64,000 nucleotides of DNA from an uncultured Nitrosopumilales archaeon (GCA_964476175.1 CAYYYU010000059.1:1088-65087), one strand, 5' to 3'; positions 1-9,078 are shown, counted from the first letter of the stretch. Numbers and translations: made by a program. Notes: a model not told the origin generated them from the letters alone.

Positions 1-108
1 AGGGTTGAGGCCGATACAATGGAGAAGGTGAAGGAGACCATCACCTGGAACATACGCCGGCTCGACAAGGTGAGGAGCACCCTCACTATGATCGTAGTCG
101 AAGCATAG
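1..108 (+). CDS. 3' end of an unidentified CDS entering from upstream (partial)
   Basis: Frame 1 is open from the window edge to TAG at 106-108 (...MEKVKETITWNIRRLDKVRSTLTMIVVEA*). No recognisable motif. Confidence 0.3.
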   Translation, partial: RVEADTMEKVKETITWNIRRLDKVRSTLTMIVVEA

Positions 109-154
109 CATTTCCATCTTCACGCTAAAATAACCGCCAGCCTAGCAGGCGGCA

Positions 155-1375
155 TTGCGGTGCCTCGTCGGCTTGGATGACACAGATTCCGCCAGGGGCT
201 ACTGCACAACATACCTCGCGTTCAGAATCGCCCGCGACCTAAGGCCGGATGTCCGCGTCCTCCCCTACCCGAGGCTGGTCAGACTCAACCCCAACATCCC
301 TTTCAAGACGAGGGGGAATGCCGCCGTCTGCCTGCAGGTCGAGACGACCGACCCGGGCAGGGCATTCGAGCTTGTCTCCTCTAAGCTCAGGGAGTTCTCT
401 GATGTCGACGGCGGAGCAAACTCCGGATTGGTCTTCCTCGATGAGCCCGCCCGGTCGTCCCTCTTCGAGCAGCTTTACAGTGATGCCCTCTCCGGCCTAG
501 TGAGCCCGAGCCGGGTCAGGAGGATGCTGACGGAGAACGGCGTGAGGTTCACCACCCTCGGGAACGGGATGGGGCTCGTCGGAGCGGCCTCGTCCCTGGC
601 TTTCGACGAACGCTACGACCATACTTTCGAGCTGATTTCGTACAGGACCAGCGATTCCTGGGGCTCGAGGCGCCTCGTCGACCCCTCATCTGTGACTGAG
701 ATGGACCGGGGGACCTTTCCCCACACATTCAACAGCTACGACTACCAGAAAAGAAAGGTCCTCATCGCTCCCCACGGCCCGGACCCTGTCTTCGTCGGAT
801 TGCGCGGAGACTCCCCTGCCGAAGTAATCGAAGCCTTCAGCCGCCTCAGATACGAAGGGGTCCCCGAGGGGCATATGGTCTACGTCTCCAACCAGCACAC
901 TGACGCGCATCTCGAGCGGCGGCTCGACTGGAAGGTCTTCTCCTCGGGCTGGGCCCGGGGCAAAGTGGACGAGGTCCGAACAGGGGCTGGGGGGCACTTG
1001 TATGCCACAATCAACGAAGAGGGGCGGAGACGCCTCTGCGCCTTCTACGAACCGACCGGTGACCTCCGGAGGGTGGCGAAAAGGCTGAAGAAGGGAGACT
1101 CGGTCAGGCTGTTTGGCGGAGTCCGCCGCGGTACCTCCATTCATCCGAAGATCCTCAATGTCGAAAAGATGGAGGTTCTGTCCCTCGCCCCCGGAAAGAG
1201 AGACGGGATTTTGGTCAAGGGGACCTACATCTCATCTCCACGGGCGAACAGGCATCTCACGAAACCTCTGGTCAGGTACGGCAGGGAGATGGCCGGGCAC
1301 GCGTCACCGGAGGCCTCCGGTTGGTTTGCGACGCAGGTCACAGAGAAGCGAGCGCTTGCCCGAAGTCGGCGATGA
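155..1375 (+). CDS. tiaS: tRNA(Ile2) 2-agmatinylcytidine synthetase TiaS
   Basis: 406 aa. The N-terminus 'LVGLDDTDSARGYCTTYLA' matches the TiaS kinase-domain signature as I recall it. Archaeal size and context fit. TTG start. Confidence 0.75.
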   Translation: MRCLVGLDDTDSARGYCTTYLAFRIARDLRPDVRVLPYPRLVRLNPNIPFKTRGNAAVCLQVETTDPGRAFELVSSKLREFSDVDGGANSGLVFLDEPARSSLFEQLYSDALSGLVSPSRVRRMLTENGVRFTTLGNGMGLVGAASSLAFDERYDHTFELISYRTSDSWGSRRLVDPSSVTEMDRGTFPHTFNSYDYQKRKVLIAPHGPDPVFVGLRGDSPAEVIEAFSRLRYEGVPEGHMVYVSNQHTDAHLERRLDWKVFSSGWARGKVDEVRTGAGGHLYATINEEGRRRLCAFYEPTGDLRRVAKRLKKGDSVRLFGGVRRGTSIHPKILNVEKMEVLSLAPGKRDGILVKGTYISSPRANRHLTKPLVRYGREMAGHASPEASGWFATQVTEKRALARSRR

Positions 1376-2504
1376 GGTCCTCTTCGTCCTCTATCCCCAC
1401 TGATACCCGAACAAGGGTATCCGGAATCCCAGTCCGCTCCCTTTCTTCGGCCGACATCTGAGTGTGGGTCATGTTCGCGGGCTGTGAAACGAGGGTCTCG
1501 ACCCCTCCGAGGCTCGCCGCTAGGCTCGCGACCTTCAACGATTCGGTGAACTTCATCGCGTCGCGCACGCTCCCCTTAATCTCGATGCTCATCATCCCCC
1601 CGAACCCGCTCATCTGCTTCTTGGCGAGGGCATGCTGCGGGTGCGTCTTCAGACCGGGGTAGTTCACCTTCTTGACCTTCTTGTGGGTCGAAAGATACTC
1701 CGCCAGAGCCTGAGCGTTGGCGTTCTGGACCCTGACCCTGACAGCCATCGTCTTCATCCCCCTCAGCACCAGCCACGCCGGCAGAGGGTCCAGCGTCCCG
1801 CCGAGTTCGCGCCTCATCATCTTTATGGTGTGGGCCTTCTCTTCGCTCGCCACGGCTCCCCCCGCAATCACGTCAGCATGCCCGTTCAGGTACTTGGTTG
1901 CGCTGTGCAGGACGACGTCGGCCCCAAACGTGAGCGGGTTCTGGTTTATGGGGGAGGCGAAGGTATTGTCCACGAGGACGATCGCCCCGGCGTCGTGCGC
2001 AAGTTTCGCGACCCGTGACAGGTCGACCAGTTTCAGGGTCGGGTTCGTCGGGGTTTCCACATAGATTATCTTCGTGTTGTTGCGAAGGGCTCCTGCCATC
2101 TCGTCGAAATCCGTTGTCTCGACAAGGGTCGTCCCGATTCCGATGCGAGGAAGCAGATTCTCGAGCAGCGCGTAGGTCCCTCCGTACAGGTCCCTGATTC
2201 CGACGACGTGGTCTCCTTTGGACAGGAACGAAAAGATAGACGTCGAAATTGCTGCCATTCCGGACGCGAAAGCTGCCCCGTCCCCGCCGTGCTCGAAGGC
2301 TGCGAGCTTCTTCTCCAGCCTGACCACAGTCGGATTGTCCCACCTGGAGTAGACGTACCCACCCTGCCCCGCAACCGCCTTCGGAACCTCTTCCGCCCTA
2401 GTGAAGCCGAAGGTCGCGGTTTCGAAGATCGGCGTAATGATCGAGCCGGTTTCTTCGTCCAACGGTTCTGCCTCGTGTACCGCCCTCGTGGAGTCTTTGG
2501 TCAT
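1338..2504 (-). CDS. PLP-dependent Cys/Met-metabolism enzyme (cystathionine gamma-synthase/lyase or O-acetylhomoserine sulfhydrylase family)
   Basis: 388 aa. Has 'HSATKYLNGHADVIAG' with the PLP lysine and 'YSRWDNPT'. Full-length family resemblance. Confidence 0.85.
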   Translation of the reverse strand: MTKDSTRAVHEAEPLDEETGSIITPIFETATFGFTRAEEVPKAVAGQGGYVYSRWDNPTVVRLEKKLAAFEHGGDGAAFASGMAAISTSIFSFLSKGDHVVGIRDLYGGTYALLENLLPRIGIGTTLVETTDFDEMAGALRNNTKIIYVETPTNPTLKLVDLSRVAKLAHDAGAIVLVDNTFASPINQNPLTFGADVVLHSATKYLNGHADVIAGGAVASEEKAHTIKMMRRELGGTLDPLPAWLVLRGMKTMAVRVRVQNANAQALAEYLSTHKKVKKVNYPGLKTHPQHALAKKQMSGFGGMMSIEIKGSVRDAMKFTESLKVASLAASLGGVETLVSQPANMTHTQMSAEERERTGIPDTLVRVSVGIEDEEDLIADFGQALASL

Positions 2505-2566
2505 TCCTGTTCCGTCGCGGGAAGAGCGGTGTAAATAAGTAGCACACTTTCACCTGACTGGCCCCG

Positions 2567-3436
2567 ATGAAAGCCACTTCGGTTGTGGGACTGCCCGTCT
2601 GCACGCTCGCACATCACAACGGAATCGCGAAGGCCCCCGAGAAGCTTCGGAAGGCAGGGATCATCAACGTCCTGCCGGGCTCGGTCATGGACGAGGGGGA
2701 CGTGGCGTTTCGCCAGATTGACAGAGACTCCCTGGAGGGGGGGATGAAGAACTTCGCCCACTTCAGAGAGACCACCTCGCAGGTCTACAGCTATCTGCGC
2801 GAACTCCAGACCGAGCGTGTATTCCTGATTGGAGGGGAGTGTTCTCTCGTTGTAGGGGGACTCGCCGGTCTCGGCGAGGTCTTCAAGGGCAAGCCAGGGA
2901 TGCTCTGGATGGACGCCCATGGCGACTTCAACACGCCGGAGTCGTCCCCTTCAAGCTACATCGGCGGGATGTGCCTGGCCATGGCGTGCGGCCGCGGTCC
3001 GAAGTTCTCGGATGAGATTGAAACACGAAGGCCGCTGTTGGAGGAGGAGCGTCTTGTTCATCTAGGCGCCCGAGCTCTCGACTCTCCAGAAGTGACGGCA
3101 TTCGAATCCTCTCCTGCGAAACTCTTCGAAATGGACGCAGTGCGAAAGAAGGGGGTGAAGGGGGTCGCGACAGAGGCGGCCAAACTACTGGCCGACAGGT
3201 CGGACTGGATCGTCTGCCATCTTGACGTGGACGTGGTCGACCCCGACCAGGTCATCGCAGTCAATTTTCCCACGCCGGGCGGTTTCACCACACAGGAAGC
3301 GGCCACGGTGATCGGCATTCTGAACAAGACCGGCAAGCTCGTGGCGGTCGACATCGCGGCGTACAACCCTTCCCTTGACTACGACGGGTCTTCCGCAGCG
3401 GCCGTAGTGAACATACTCAAAGAAAGCCTCCACTAG
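2567..3436 (+). CDS. Ureohydrolase (arginase/agmatinase/formiminoglutamase family)
   Basis: 289 aa. Metal-binding motifs 'DAHGDFNTPE', 'GGECS' and 'HLDVDVVDP'. Confidence 0.8.
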   Translation: MKATSVVGLPVCTLAHHNGIAKAPEKLRKAGIINVLPGSVMDEGDVAFRQIDRDSLEGGMKNFAHFRETTSQVYSYLRELQTERVFLIGGECSLVVGGLAGLGEVFKGKPGMLWMDAHGDFNTPESSPSSYIGGMCLAMACGRGPKFSDEIETRRPLLEEERLVHLGARALDSPEVTAFESSPAKLFEMDAVRKKGVKGVATEAAKLLADRSDWIVCHLDVDVVDPDQVIAVNFPTPGGFTTQEAATVIGILNKTGKLVAVDIAAYNPSLDYDGSSAAAVVNILKESLH

Positions 3437-3478
3437 TCGACATATGCGAAGCGATTAGGGACAAGAGTTCAGGGTGAG

Positions 3479-3488
3479 TAGCGAGGGG
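3479..3488. repeat. 10-bp direct repeat TAGCGAGGGG (copy 1) flanking the LAGLIDADG ORF
   Basis: Identical 10-mer at 3479-3488 and 3986-3995. It equals the reverse complement of the last 9 nt plus discriminator of the adjacent tRNA. Its last G is the first base of the ORF's GTG start. Confidence 0.8.
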
Positions 3489-3988
3489 TGGTTAAAGGGA
3501 ACCCAACAATAGTTCATCAGTTGGCAGAGGGAGAGGCTTGGTTTGCTGGGCTAGTTGACGGAGAAGGCTGTTTCACCCTTTCAATATATCGCCAACATAT
3601 GCACGCATTGAGATTCGATCTGGTTTTTTCTATCTCAATGAAAGAAGGGACTTGGTACCCTGAGGTAGCTCGGGTCCTTAGTCAGCATGAGATTCGCTTC
3701 AATGCTAGGAGACGCAAGAATCAGATAGAGGTCCACGTAGGAGGGCACGCAAGGGTGAAGAAGTTGATTGGGGTCTTGTTACCATATCTCGTAGTAAAGC
3801 AACCGTTGGCAAGGAAGCTTCTCACCTTTCCCATTTCGCCCCCAAGGAATCGATTTACCTCAATCAGCGAATCGTATCTGGCTGAGATCTGTGAGATGGT
3901 AGATTTCGTGCGGGAGTTCAATCGAGGCAAGAATCGGAGACACAAATGGAACAGCAGGACCATCAGAGAGTTCTACGGAATCAAATAG
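3488..3988 (+). CDS. Free-standing single-motif LAGLIDADG homing endonuclease
   Basis: 166 aa with 'WFAGLVDGEGCF'. Size fits an I-CreI-like homodimer. G+C is visibly lower than the neighbours. Its stop TAG lies inside repeat copy 2 and overlaps the tRNA 3' end. Confidence 0.85.
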   Translation: MVKGNPTIVHQLAEGEAWFAGLVDGEGCFTLSIYRQHMHALRFDLVFSISMKEGTWYPEVARVLSQHEIRFNARRRKNQIEVHVGGHARVKKLIGVLLPYLVVKQPLARKLLTFPISPPRNRFTSISESYLAEICEMVDFVREFNRGKNRRHKWNSRTIREFYGIK

Positions 3989-3995
3989 CGAGGGG
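3986..3995. repeat. 10-bp direct repeat TAGCGAGGGG (copy 2), which is the tRNA 3' end
   Basis: See copy 1. Confidence 0.8.
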
Positions 3996-4110
3996 AGGAG
4001 TTTCAGGCGCTGGGTTCTACCCAACACCATTTGAACCTCCGCTCTGCGGGTTATGAGCCCGCCGGGATGATCCTTGCCCCCCATCAGGGGACTGGCTTCC
4101 CCACCTCGCT
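3986..4110 (-). tRNA. Initiator tRNA-Met (CAU) with two putative introns
   Basis: Hand fold. Acceptor AGCGAGG/CCTCGCT with A1:U72 and discriminator A. Anticodon arm GCGGG-CTCATAA-CCCGC (anticodon 4055-4053) with three G:C pairs next to the loop. T arm GGAGG-TTCAAAT...CCTCC. Extra 24 nt after the D arm (about 4063-4086) and 30 nt after the T loop (3999-4028). Confidence 0.7.
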
Positions 4111-4134
4111 TTGATGGGCACCGTATTGTCACAT

Positions 4135-4146
4135 CTTATATCTTTC
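4135..4146 (-). promoter_or_regulatory. TATA-like box for the initiator tRNA
   Basis: Minus strand reads AAGATATAAGA, centred about 29 nt upstream of tRNA position 1. Confidence 0.4.
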
Positions 4147-4198
4147 TGGGGAATCTCAATCTTGTCGGGGGCGGGCGACCGGATTTCGACCGAATCGT

Positions 4199-4315
4199 CT
4201 ACCCTGCCGGGATGGGTTTCGGCATACAGGCGCACCTGTTGTAGGCGCAGCACGAGCACTTTCCACAGCTTTCGTAGTCCTTGTGTCTACAGACCCTGCA
4301 GATGCACGCGGCCAC
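4199..4315 (-). CDS. Possible 38-aa cysteine-rich micro-protein (not in ORF track)
   Basis: GTG start, then VAACICRVCRHKDYESCGKCSCCAYNRCACMPKPIPAG*. Nine Cys in 38 aa. Sits 15 nt downstream of the HD gene stop on the same strand. Confidence 0.25.
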   Translation of the reverse strand: MAACICRVCRHKDYESCGKCSCCAYNRCACMPKPIPAG

Positions 4316-4329
4316 GAAATGGCCGCCCC

Positions 4330-4881
4330 CTAACGAGATTCTTTAACGTTACCGAGGACGAGTTTCTCGGGGTCCTGGCCCAGCTCGTCCTGGAGCCCCC
4401 TCTTCAGGGCCAGAAGCCTCTCGACGTCGTGCCCCTTCTTGGCGAACCGCTGGACCTCCTGGTCGAAAGGCCTGACCCTGTCCGAAGCGACCATCTTGTC
4501 GGCGAAACAGACAATCCGTTCCTCCAATGTCCTAGGGATGAAATCCAGGTCAGGGAGGCCGACCCGTTTCACCTCTTCGGGGGACAGCCCGGCGCCGACA
4601 TGCCGCCTCACGATTTGAACGACCCGGTCGTCGACCCCTTCCCTTTCCAGGAGCTCGGCGCCGAGGAGACCGTGGTTAACCGTCCGCGACCTGTTCCTTC
4701 CTATGTCATGGAGAAGGGCTCCCGCGACCAATGTCTGGCTGTCGACCTTCCTTCCAGATCGTTGGAACGAGTCCGCAAGCGCCTTCGCGACCTCGGCGAC
4801 CTTCTTGCAGTGCCTGACGACGATTTCGTTGCTGCCGTACTTCCTGTGCAGCTCCAGTGCCTCCCCCTCGGAGGGGATCAC
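4330..4881 (-). CDS. HD-domain metal-dependent phosphohydrolase
   Basis: 183 aa with 'ALLHDIGR' and 'RRHVGAG'. Overlaps tfe by 4 nt. Confidence 0.8.
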   Translation of the reverse strand: MIPSEGEALELHRKYGSNEIVVRHCKKVAEVAKALADSFQRSGRKVDSQTLVAGALLHDIGRNRSRTVNHGLLGAELLEREGVDDRVVQIVRRHVGAGLSPEEVKRVGLPDLDFIPRTLEERIVCFADKMVASDRVRPFDQEVQRFAKKGHDVERLLALKRGLQDELGQDPEKLVLGNVKESR

Positions 4882-5387
4882 TTGACCAGTTCCTCTTCCA
4901 ACTGGTTGATCTTCCAGCGTAGGGCCGACTTCAGCATCTCGTTGTCAAGTCTGTTGAGAGGCTTCGAGCAGGTCGGGCACTTGAAGAAGTTCTCCATGGC
5001 GTCTTCGAAGGTCCTCGTCTGGCAGGTCGAAGTCCCACAGTGGTAGAATTCGTGCATCTCTTCGTACTCCAGCCTCTGCTTGAGCCTGTTCAGGACCTTG
5101 CGCCGCTGCGTCTGTATGAAGCCGTCTGTCTGGTCCCGCTGCGCCTTCCACCTGTAGACGAACCACCCGCGCTTGGGGTCCCTGACCCTGACTCCAGTAA
5201 TCAGGCTCCGCCCGAAGAGGTCGTAAAGCGCCTTCCTCACGGTCTTTATCTTGAGCCCAGTCGCTGATGCTATTTCTTCATCCGTAGCATTCTCGTTGTT
5301 CAGGAGCGCCCTGGCCACCCTCACGTAATTCGGACCGCCAATCAGGCCCGCGACCTTTACGAAGGTGTCCTCGTACTCTATTTTCAT
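4878..5387 (-). CDS. tfe: Transcription factor E (TFIIE-alpha homologue)
   Basis: 169 aa. N-terminal winged helix plus C-terminal zinc ribbon 'CGTSTC...CPTCSKPL'. Confidence 0.8.
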   Translation of the reverse strand: MKIEYEDTFVKVAGLIGGPNYVRVARALLNNENATDEEIASATGLKIKTVRKALYDLFGRSLITGVRVRDPKRGWFVYRWKAQRDQTDGFIQTQRRKVLNRLKQRLEYEEMHEFYHCGTSTCQTRTFEDAMENFFKCPTCSKPLNRLDNEMLKSALRWKINQLEEELVK

Positions 5388-5950
5388 AGTTCGACTACTC
5401 TCTTGCCCTTCGGCATGGGCAAGATCCTTAGCTTGCTTTTGTCGAAGGCCCTCTTAAGCTCTTCTCCGTTCTGAATCTCATGAAGGACTATCGCCAGCGC
5501 AGCAATCTCCGAATGAGGTTGGGAAGTGACAGCTATGTTGTAGTCGGCCTCCTGGTACACCCACCCGGGAACCTTGGGCCCTCCCACGACCACCAGTATC
5601 TTCTCGAGTCTCCTCAGCTCGTCCACCTTGTCCTGTATCGGCAACCCGTACATCGTCAGATGCACAACGCTCCTCCCCTCGCCCTTGGCCTCTCGTATGA
5701 CCTTCTTCCACGGCTCACCGAGGGTGACCCTGAAATCCCCGCCCCAGGTCTTGTTCACCCCGTCTACGGTCCCCAGAAGCTCCTTCTCAGCGTCCTCCAG
5801 GTAGATGCATTCGGCTCCGAGGGCCCTTGACACCAGGCACAGGTGCGTGAACGTCCTGTCGTCCCTGACGTACCGCTGCCCGACCCGAAGGACTCTGATG
5901 CTCTTGCCTGAGGAATTCACTGTCACTCTGCCGTCGAGGACCCCCGCCAC
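5384..5950 (-). CDS. trm56: tRNA (cytidine56-2'-O)-methyltransferase aTrm56 (SPOUT)
   Basis: 188 aa. 'LRVGQR..RD.R..TH..LVSRALGA', 'VHLTMYGL', 'ADYNIAVTSQPHSEIAALAIVL' and 'KGKRVVEL' align along the full length with Pyrococcus aTrm56 as I recall it. Confidence 0.9.
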   Translation of the reverse strand: MAGVLDGRVTVNSSGKSIRVLRVGQRYVRDDRTFTHLCLVSRALGAECIYLEDAEKELLGTVDGVNKTWGGDFRVTLGEPWKKVIREAKGEGRSVVHLTMYGLPIQDKVDELRRLEKILVVVGGPKVPGWVYQEADYNIAVTSQPHSEIAALAIVLHEIQNGEELKRAFDKSKLRILPMPKGKRVVEL

Positions 5951-6065
5951 CCTCGGAGATATATGCTGCAGGAGCTCCGGAGGCTCAGCTCGCGGGCAGA
6001 AGAGCCGCTAGGGGAAGCCGACCACTGGGGAGACCATTCACACCTTTTATCCCCTCCCTACGTCC

Positions 6066-6542
6066 GTGCCAGGGATGAAGGAATCCGACGAGCGCCGTCG
6101 CCTTTCAATCATCGTTGACTACCTCTTCGGCAGAGGGGTCAGCAAGGCGCTCCCGAAGGATGGGTTGCGGCTCGTCTATTCGCGCAAGTCCGGCAGAGTG
6201 AAGCTCGTCCTCCACGATGGGAAGGTCTTCGCCACTGTGAAGCCGAACGGTGCCATGGCCCTGTCACTTCACGGTGCGACTGTGCTTGCCCGGAGTCCGA
6301 AGTTCAGGGACAACTGCGTCATGGTGGCGGACGAAGTCGCCGAGTTCGTCAAGGGGGGCAAGTCAGTCTTCTGCAAGTTCGTCACCTGGTCCGGGAAGAG
6401 CGTCCTGCCGAAGGGAGAGGTGACCATCATCGACAGCAGCGGCAAGGTCCTCGGAGTCGGGATGGCGGTCATGAATGGAAAGTTCATGAGGCAGTTCGCT
6501 TCTGGGGTGGCTGTCAAGGTAAGGGTTGGGATACCAAGATGA
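6066..6542 (+). CDS. PUA-domain RNA-binding protein
   Basis: 158 aa. C-terminal PUA-like 'GEVTIIDSSGKVLGVGMAVMNG'. Confidence 0.7.
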   Translation: MPGMKESDERRRLSIIVDYLFGRGVSKALPKDGLRLVYSRKSGRVKLVLHDGKVFATVKPNGAMALSLHGATVLARSPKFRDNCVMVADEVAEFVKGGKSVFCKFVTWSGKSVLPKGEVTIIDSSGKVLGVGMAVMNGKFMRQFASGVAVKVRVGIPR

Positions 6543-6871
6543 AGATGGACAATAGGCAGGCGAGACGGATGATGGAGCGGATGGGGATCAACATGAAGGA
6601 GATTCCGGGGGTCAAGGAGGTCATAATCAGGACATCGGACAGGGAGATGCACATCACCAACGCATCGGTCTCCGAGGTCAACGCCCAGGGGAACAGGGTC
6701 TTCCAAGTGGTCGGGGAGGTCGAAGAGGTAGAGGTCGAGAAGAAGGCCTTCAGCGAAGAGGACGTCCTCTTGGTCCAGCAGCAGGCGGGGGTCACGAAGG
6801 AGCGTGCCATGGCCGCGCTGGAAGAGTCCGAGGGGGAAGTCGCGAGAGCGATACTGAAGCTCACCTCCTGA
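6539..6871 (+). CDS. nac: Nascent polypeptide-associated complex protein (NAC alpha homologue)
   Basis: 110 aa. NAC domain followed by a UBA-like tail 'EEDVLLVQQQAGVTKERAMAALEESEGEVARAI'. Confidence 0.85.
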   Translation: MKMDNRQARRMMERMGINMKEIPGVKEVIIRTSDREMHITNASVSEVNAQGNRVFQVVGEVEEVEVEKKAFSEEDVLLVQQQAGVTKERAMAALEESEGEVARAILKLTS

Positions 6872-6921
6872 GGCTGAACGTTTAATTACGCAACTTCAAG
6901 CCAGACCGCAAAGCAGCTGTA

Positions 6922-7251
6922 ATGAGCAAGACAATCGAAGACACACTCAAGGCGCTCGTCGAATTCGAGTCCGAGCTGGACGTTGCCAGGGCAGACGCGT
7001 CGGAAGCCCGGATCCAGATGGTCAAGAAGGCTGGTGAGTGGGCAGAGCGCGCGAAGGCCGACGCCATAGCCAAGGCCCAACAGGTTGCTGCCGAGACCCT
7101 CGCCCGGGCTCGGGATGAGGCCGAGAAGGAGGCGGAATCAATCAGGAAGAAAGGGGAAGCGGCGCTGAAGGGCTTCCAGGGGTCGATTTCAAAACACCAG
7201 TCTGATGCGGCTCAGATGGTCGCAAAGATTCTGCTAGGTGAATCAAGTTGA
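6922..7251 (+). CDS. atpH: A-type ATP synthase subunit H (peripheral stalk)
   Basis: 109 aa, charged coiled coil. First gene of an H-F-E run. Confidence 0.6.
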   Translation: MSKTIEDTLKALVEFESELDVARADASEARIQMVKKAGEWAERAKADAIAKAQQVAAETLARARDEAEKEAESIRKKGEAALKGFQGSISKHQSDAAQMVAKILLGESS

Positions 7252-7544
7252 AAGTGGTGGCAGTGGGAGGAAAGGCCTTCGTCACCGGTTTCGTCCTCTC
7301 CGGGGCCAGCGGCGAATACGTGAGTTCGCCAGGCGCGGCCCTTGAGAAGATCCAGAAGCTGATGAAGGACCCTGAGGTGGGTCTAGTCATGGTCAGCGAC
7401 GATGTGGCCAAACCAATCAGGGACGACCTTACGCTCCTGAAGTCCAAGAAGGCGGTCCCGCTCATCTATGAGGTCCCGGGGCCCGGGAGCAAGGCGGAGA
7501 AGGTCGAATACAGAGCGATGCTGAAGGCGATACTAGGAGTCTGA
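7248..7544 (+). CDS. atpF: A-type ATP synthase subunit F
   Basis: 98 aa. 'MKVVAVGGKAFVTGFVLSG' is typical of V/A-ATPase F. 4-nt overlap with atpH. Confidence 0.75.
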   Translation: MKVVAVGGKAFVTGFVLSGASGEYVSSPGAALEKIQKLMKDPEVGLVMVSDDVAKPIRDDLTLLKSKKAVPLIYEVPGPGSKAEKVEYRAMLKAILGV

Positions 7545-7549
7545 TTGTC

Positions 7550-8146
7550 GTGAGCAAAGCCGCTGCCGACACCCTTGACAAGGTCACCGACCAGTTCGAA
7601 GGGGAGGTCCTAGCCGAGCTTCAACAAGGAAGGGGTCAGGCGCTCGCGATCGTCCAGTCCACCAAGAGGGACGCGGCGGAAGCTGTGTCGAAGATACTGG
7701 AGACGAGCGTCAAGCAGGCCGAGTCGCTGAAAAGGCAGATAATAGGGGCGGCCGAGCTCGAAACTCGGAACGCCCAGCTCAGAGTCCTGGAAGGGGCGGT
7801 CAATGAAGTGTTCGAGGCTGCCATGGAGAGGGTTTCGAAGGCCTCCGGGGCCCCCTACCGTACCGCTTTGGCACGTTTGATTAAGGAAGGGGTTGACGTG
7901 ATCGGTCCGAAGGCCAAGGTGGCGTGCAGCGTGAAGGACAAGAAGGATGTTTCCTCGGCCCTGAAGAAGCTGGCATCGGGCGCGGCCAGGCTCACGCAAG
8001 ACGCCAAGAGCGTTGACACCATCGGGGGGGTCGTACTCACAACCACAGACGGTTCTGTCAAGTTTGACAACACATTCGAAGCCAGACTCGAGAGGATGAG
8101 ACCGTCGCTCAGAAAGGAAGTCGCTGGCATGCTGACGAGCGGCTGA
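7550..8146 (+). CDS. atpE: A-type ATP synthase subunit E
   Basis: 198 aa. Long N-terminal helix and C-terminal 'GGVVLTTTDGSVKFDNTFEARLE'. Confidence 0.75.
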   Translation: MSKAAADTLDKVTDQFEGEVLAELQQGRGQALAIVQSTKRDAAEAVSKILETSVKQAESLKRQIIGAAELETRNAQLRVLEGAVNEVFEAAMERVSKASGAPYRTALARLIKEGVDVIGPKAKVACSVKDKKDVSSALKKLASGAARLTQDAKSVDTIGGVVLTTTDGSVKFDNTFEARLERMRPSLRKEVAGMLTSG

Positions 8147-8154
8147 CCCGCGTC

Positions 8155-9045
8155 CTACTCCCCAGCGCTGACGTACATCGTCAATGTCCCGTTTCCTTCG
8201 ACAATCGCCGCCTGCGGGTTGGTGTGGAACGAGAACCACGGGAATGTCTGATGCGCGTCGTAGAACGTCATAGTCGCGCTGTTGTACGCTGGCCAAGTCA
8301 GGCGCATGACTTCTTGGGATCCGTCTGGAAACGCGACTTTCACGTTCTCACTGGGGGCGAATTGCAAGGGTGTCACGTAGAAAGCCACGCCCCCCTGCCC
8401 CCCTCCGACACTGCTGTTGCTGGACACGATAATGGTGAAATTACGCCCTCCAGACATGGTGGTGGCTCCTGCGGCGTTGATAATCGCGGGGGAAAAGGCC
8501 ACGAGTCCCGTGGGCACAAGCGTAAACCAGACTCCGTGAAAGAGGAACGAAAGGTTCTGGTCCATAGGGAGACCCGCAAGCGACAGTGTGGTGTACCAAT
8601 ATCCTCTCCCCGCGAGGGTGGACATCTCGGAAGGTTGAGCTGACAGCTGCGAGATCCGCAGCTGCTGAATCCCGGCGAACGCGGCGAGTATCACGATGAA
8701 GACGACAAGGCCCACGAGGACTGTTTTTCGAACCTCAATCGTTCTCCCCCTACGCGACACTTCGCCGCTCTTCTCTCTTGCGGCCCTGACCATCCTGAGC
8801 GCATCCTTTCCGTCCTCGGTCAGCTTGTACTGACCATCATCCCCCAAGACGACAAGGTGGTCGAGCTTCCCCAGGTGGAAAGCCAGATGCCCCGAACTCT
8901 CCATCCCCACCTTCTTCTTCAGCTCCGCGAAGCCCACGGGTCTTTCATCGAGAGCCTGGATGATCCTTATCCTGTTCGGATGGCCTAGAGCTTCAAACAG
9001 CTCGGCCTTTGCCGAGTCGAACCCGGAGGCGTCCTCTTTCCCCAA
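8155..9045 (-). CDS. Membrane-anchored ArsR-family winged-helix regulator with an extracytoplasmic domain
   Basis: 296 aa. '[17 protein letters not shown]' wHTH, one TM segment ([18 protein letters not shown]), then about 170 aa beta-rich C-terminal domain. Antisense to and inserted between atpE and atpA. Confidence 0.75.
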   Translation of the reverse strand: MGKEDASGFDSAKAELFEALGHPNRIRIIQALDERPVGFAELKKKVGMESSGHLAFHLGKLDHLVVLGDDGQYKLTEDGKDALRMVRAAREKSGEVSRRGRTIEVRKTVLVGLVVFIVILAAFAGIQQLRISQLSAQPSEMSTLAGRGYWYTTLSLAGLPMDQNLSFLFHGVWFTLVPTGLVAFSPAIINAAGATTMSGGRNFTIIVSSNSSVGGGQGGVAFYVTPLQFAPSENVKVAFPDGSQEVMRLTWPAYNSATMTFYDAHQTFPWFSFHTNPQAAIVEGNGTLTMYVSAGE

Positions 9046-9078
9046 CGCTCTTCCCCCCAGACTTCAAAGACAAACCAG

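Noticed and set aside
4111-5046. 311-aa plus-strand ORF
   Set aside because: It overlaps the tRNA promoter region and is antisense to the well-supported HD and TFE genes. The composition is low-complexity Arg/Pro/Ser.
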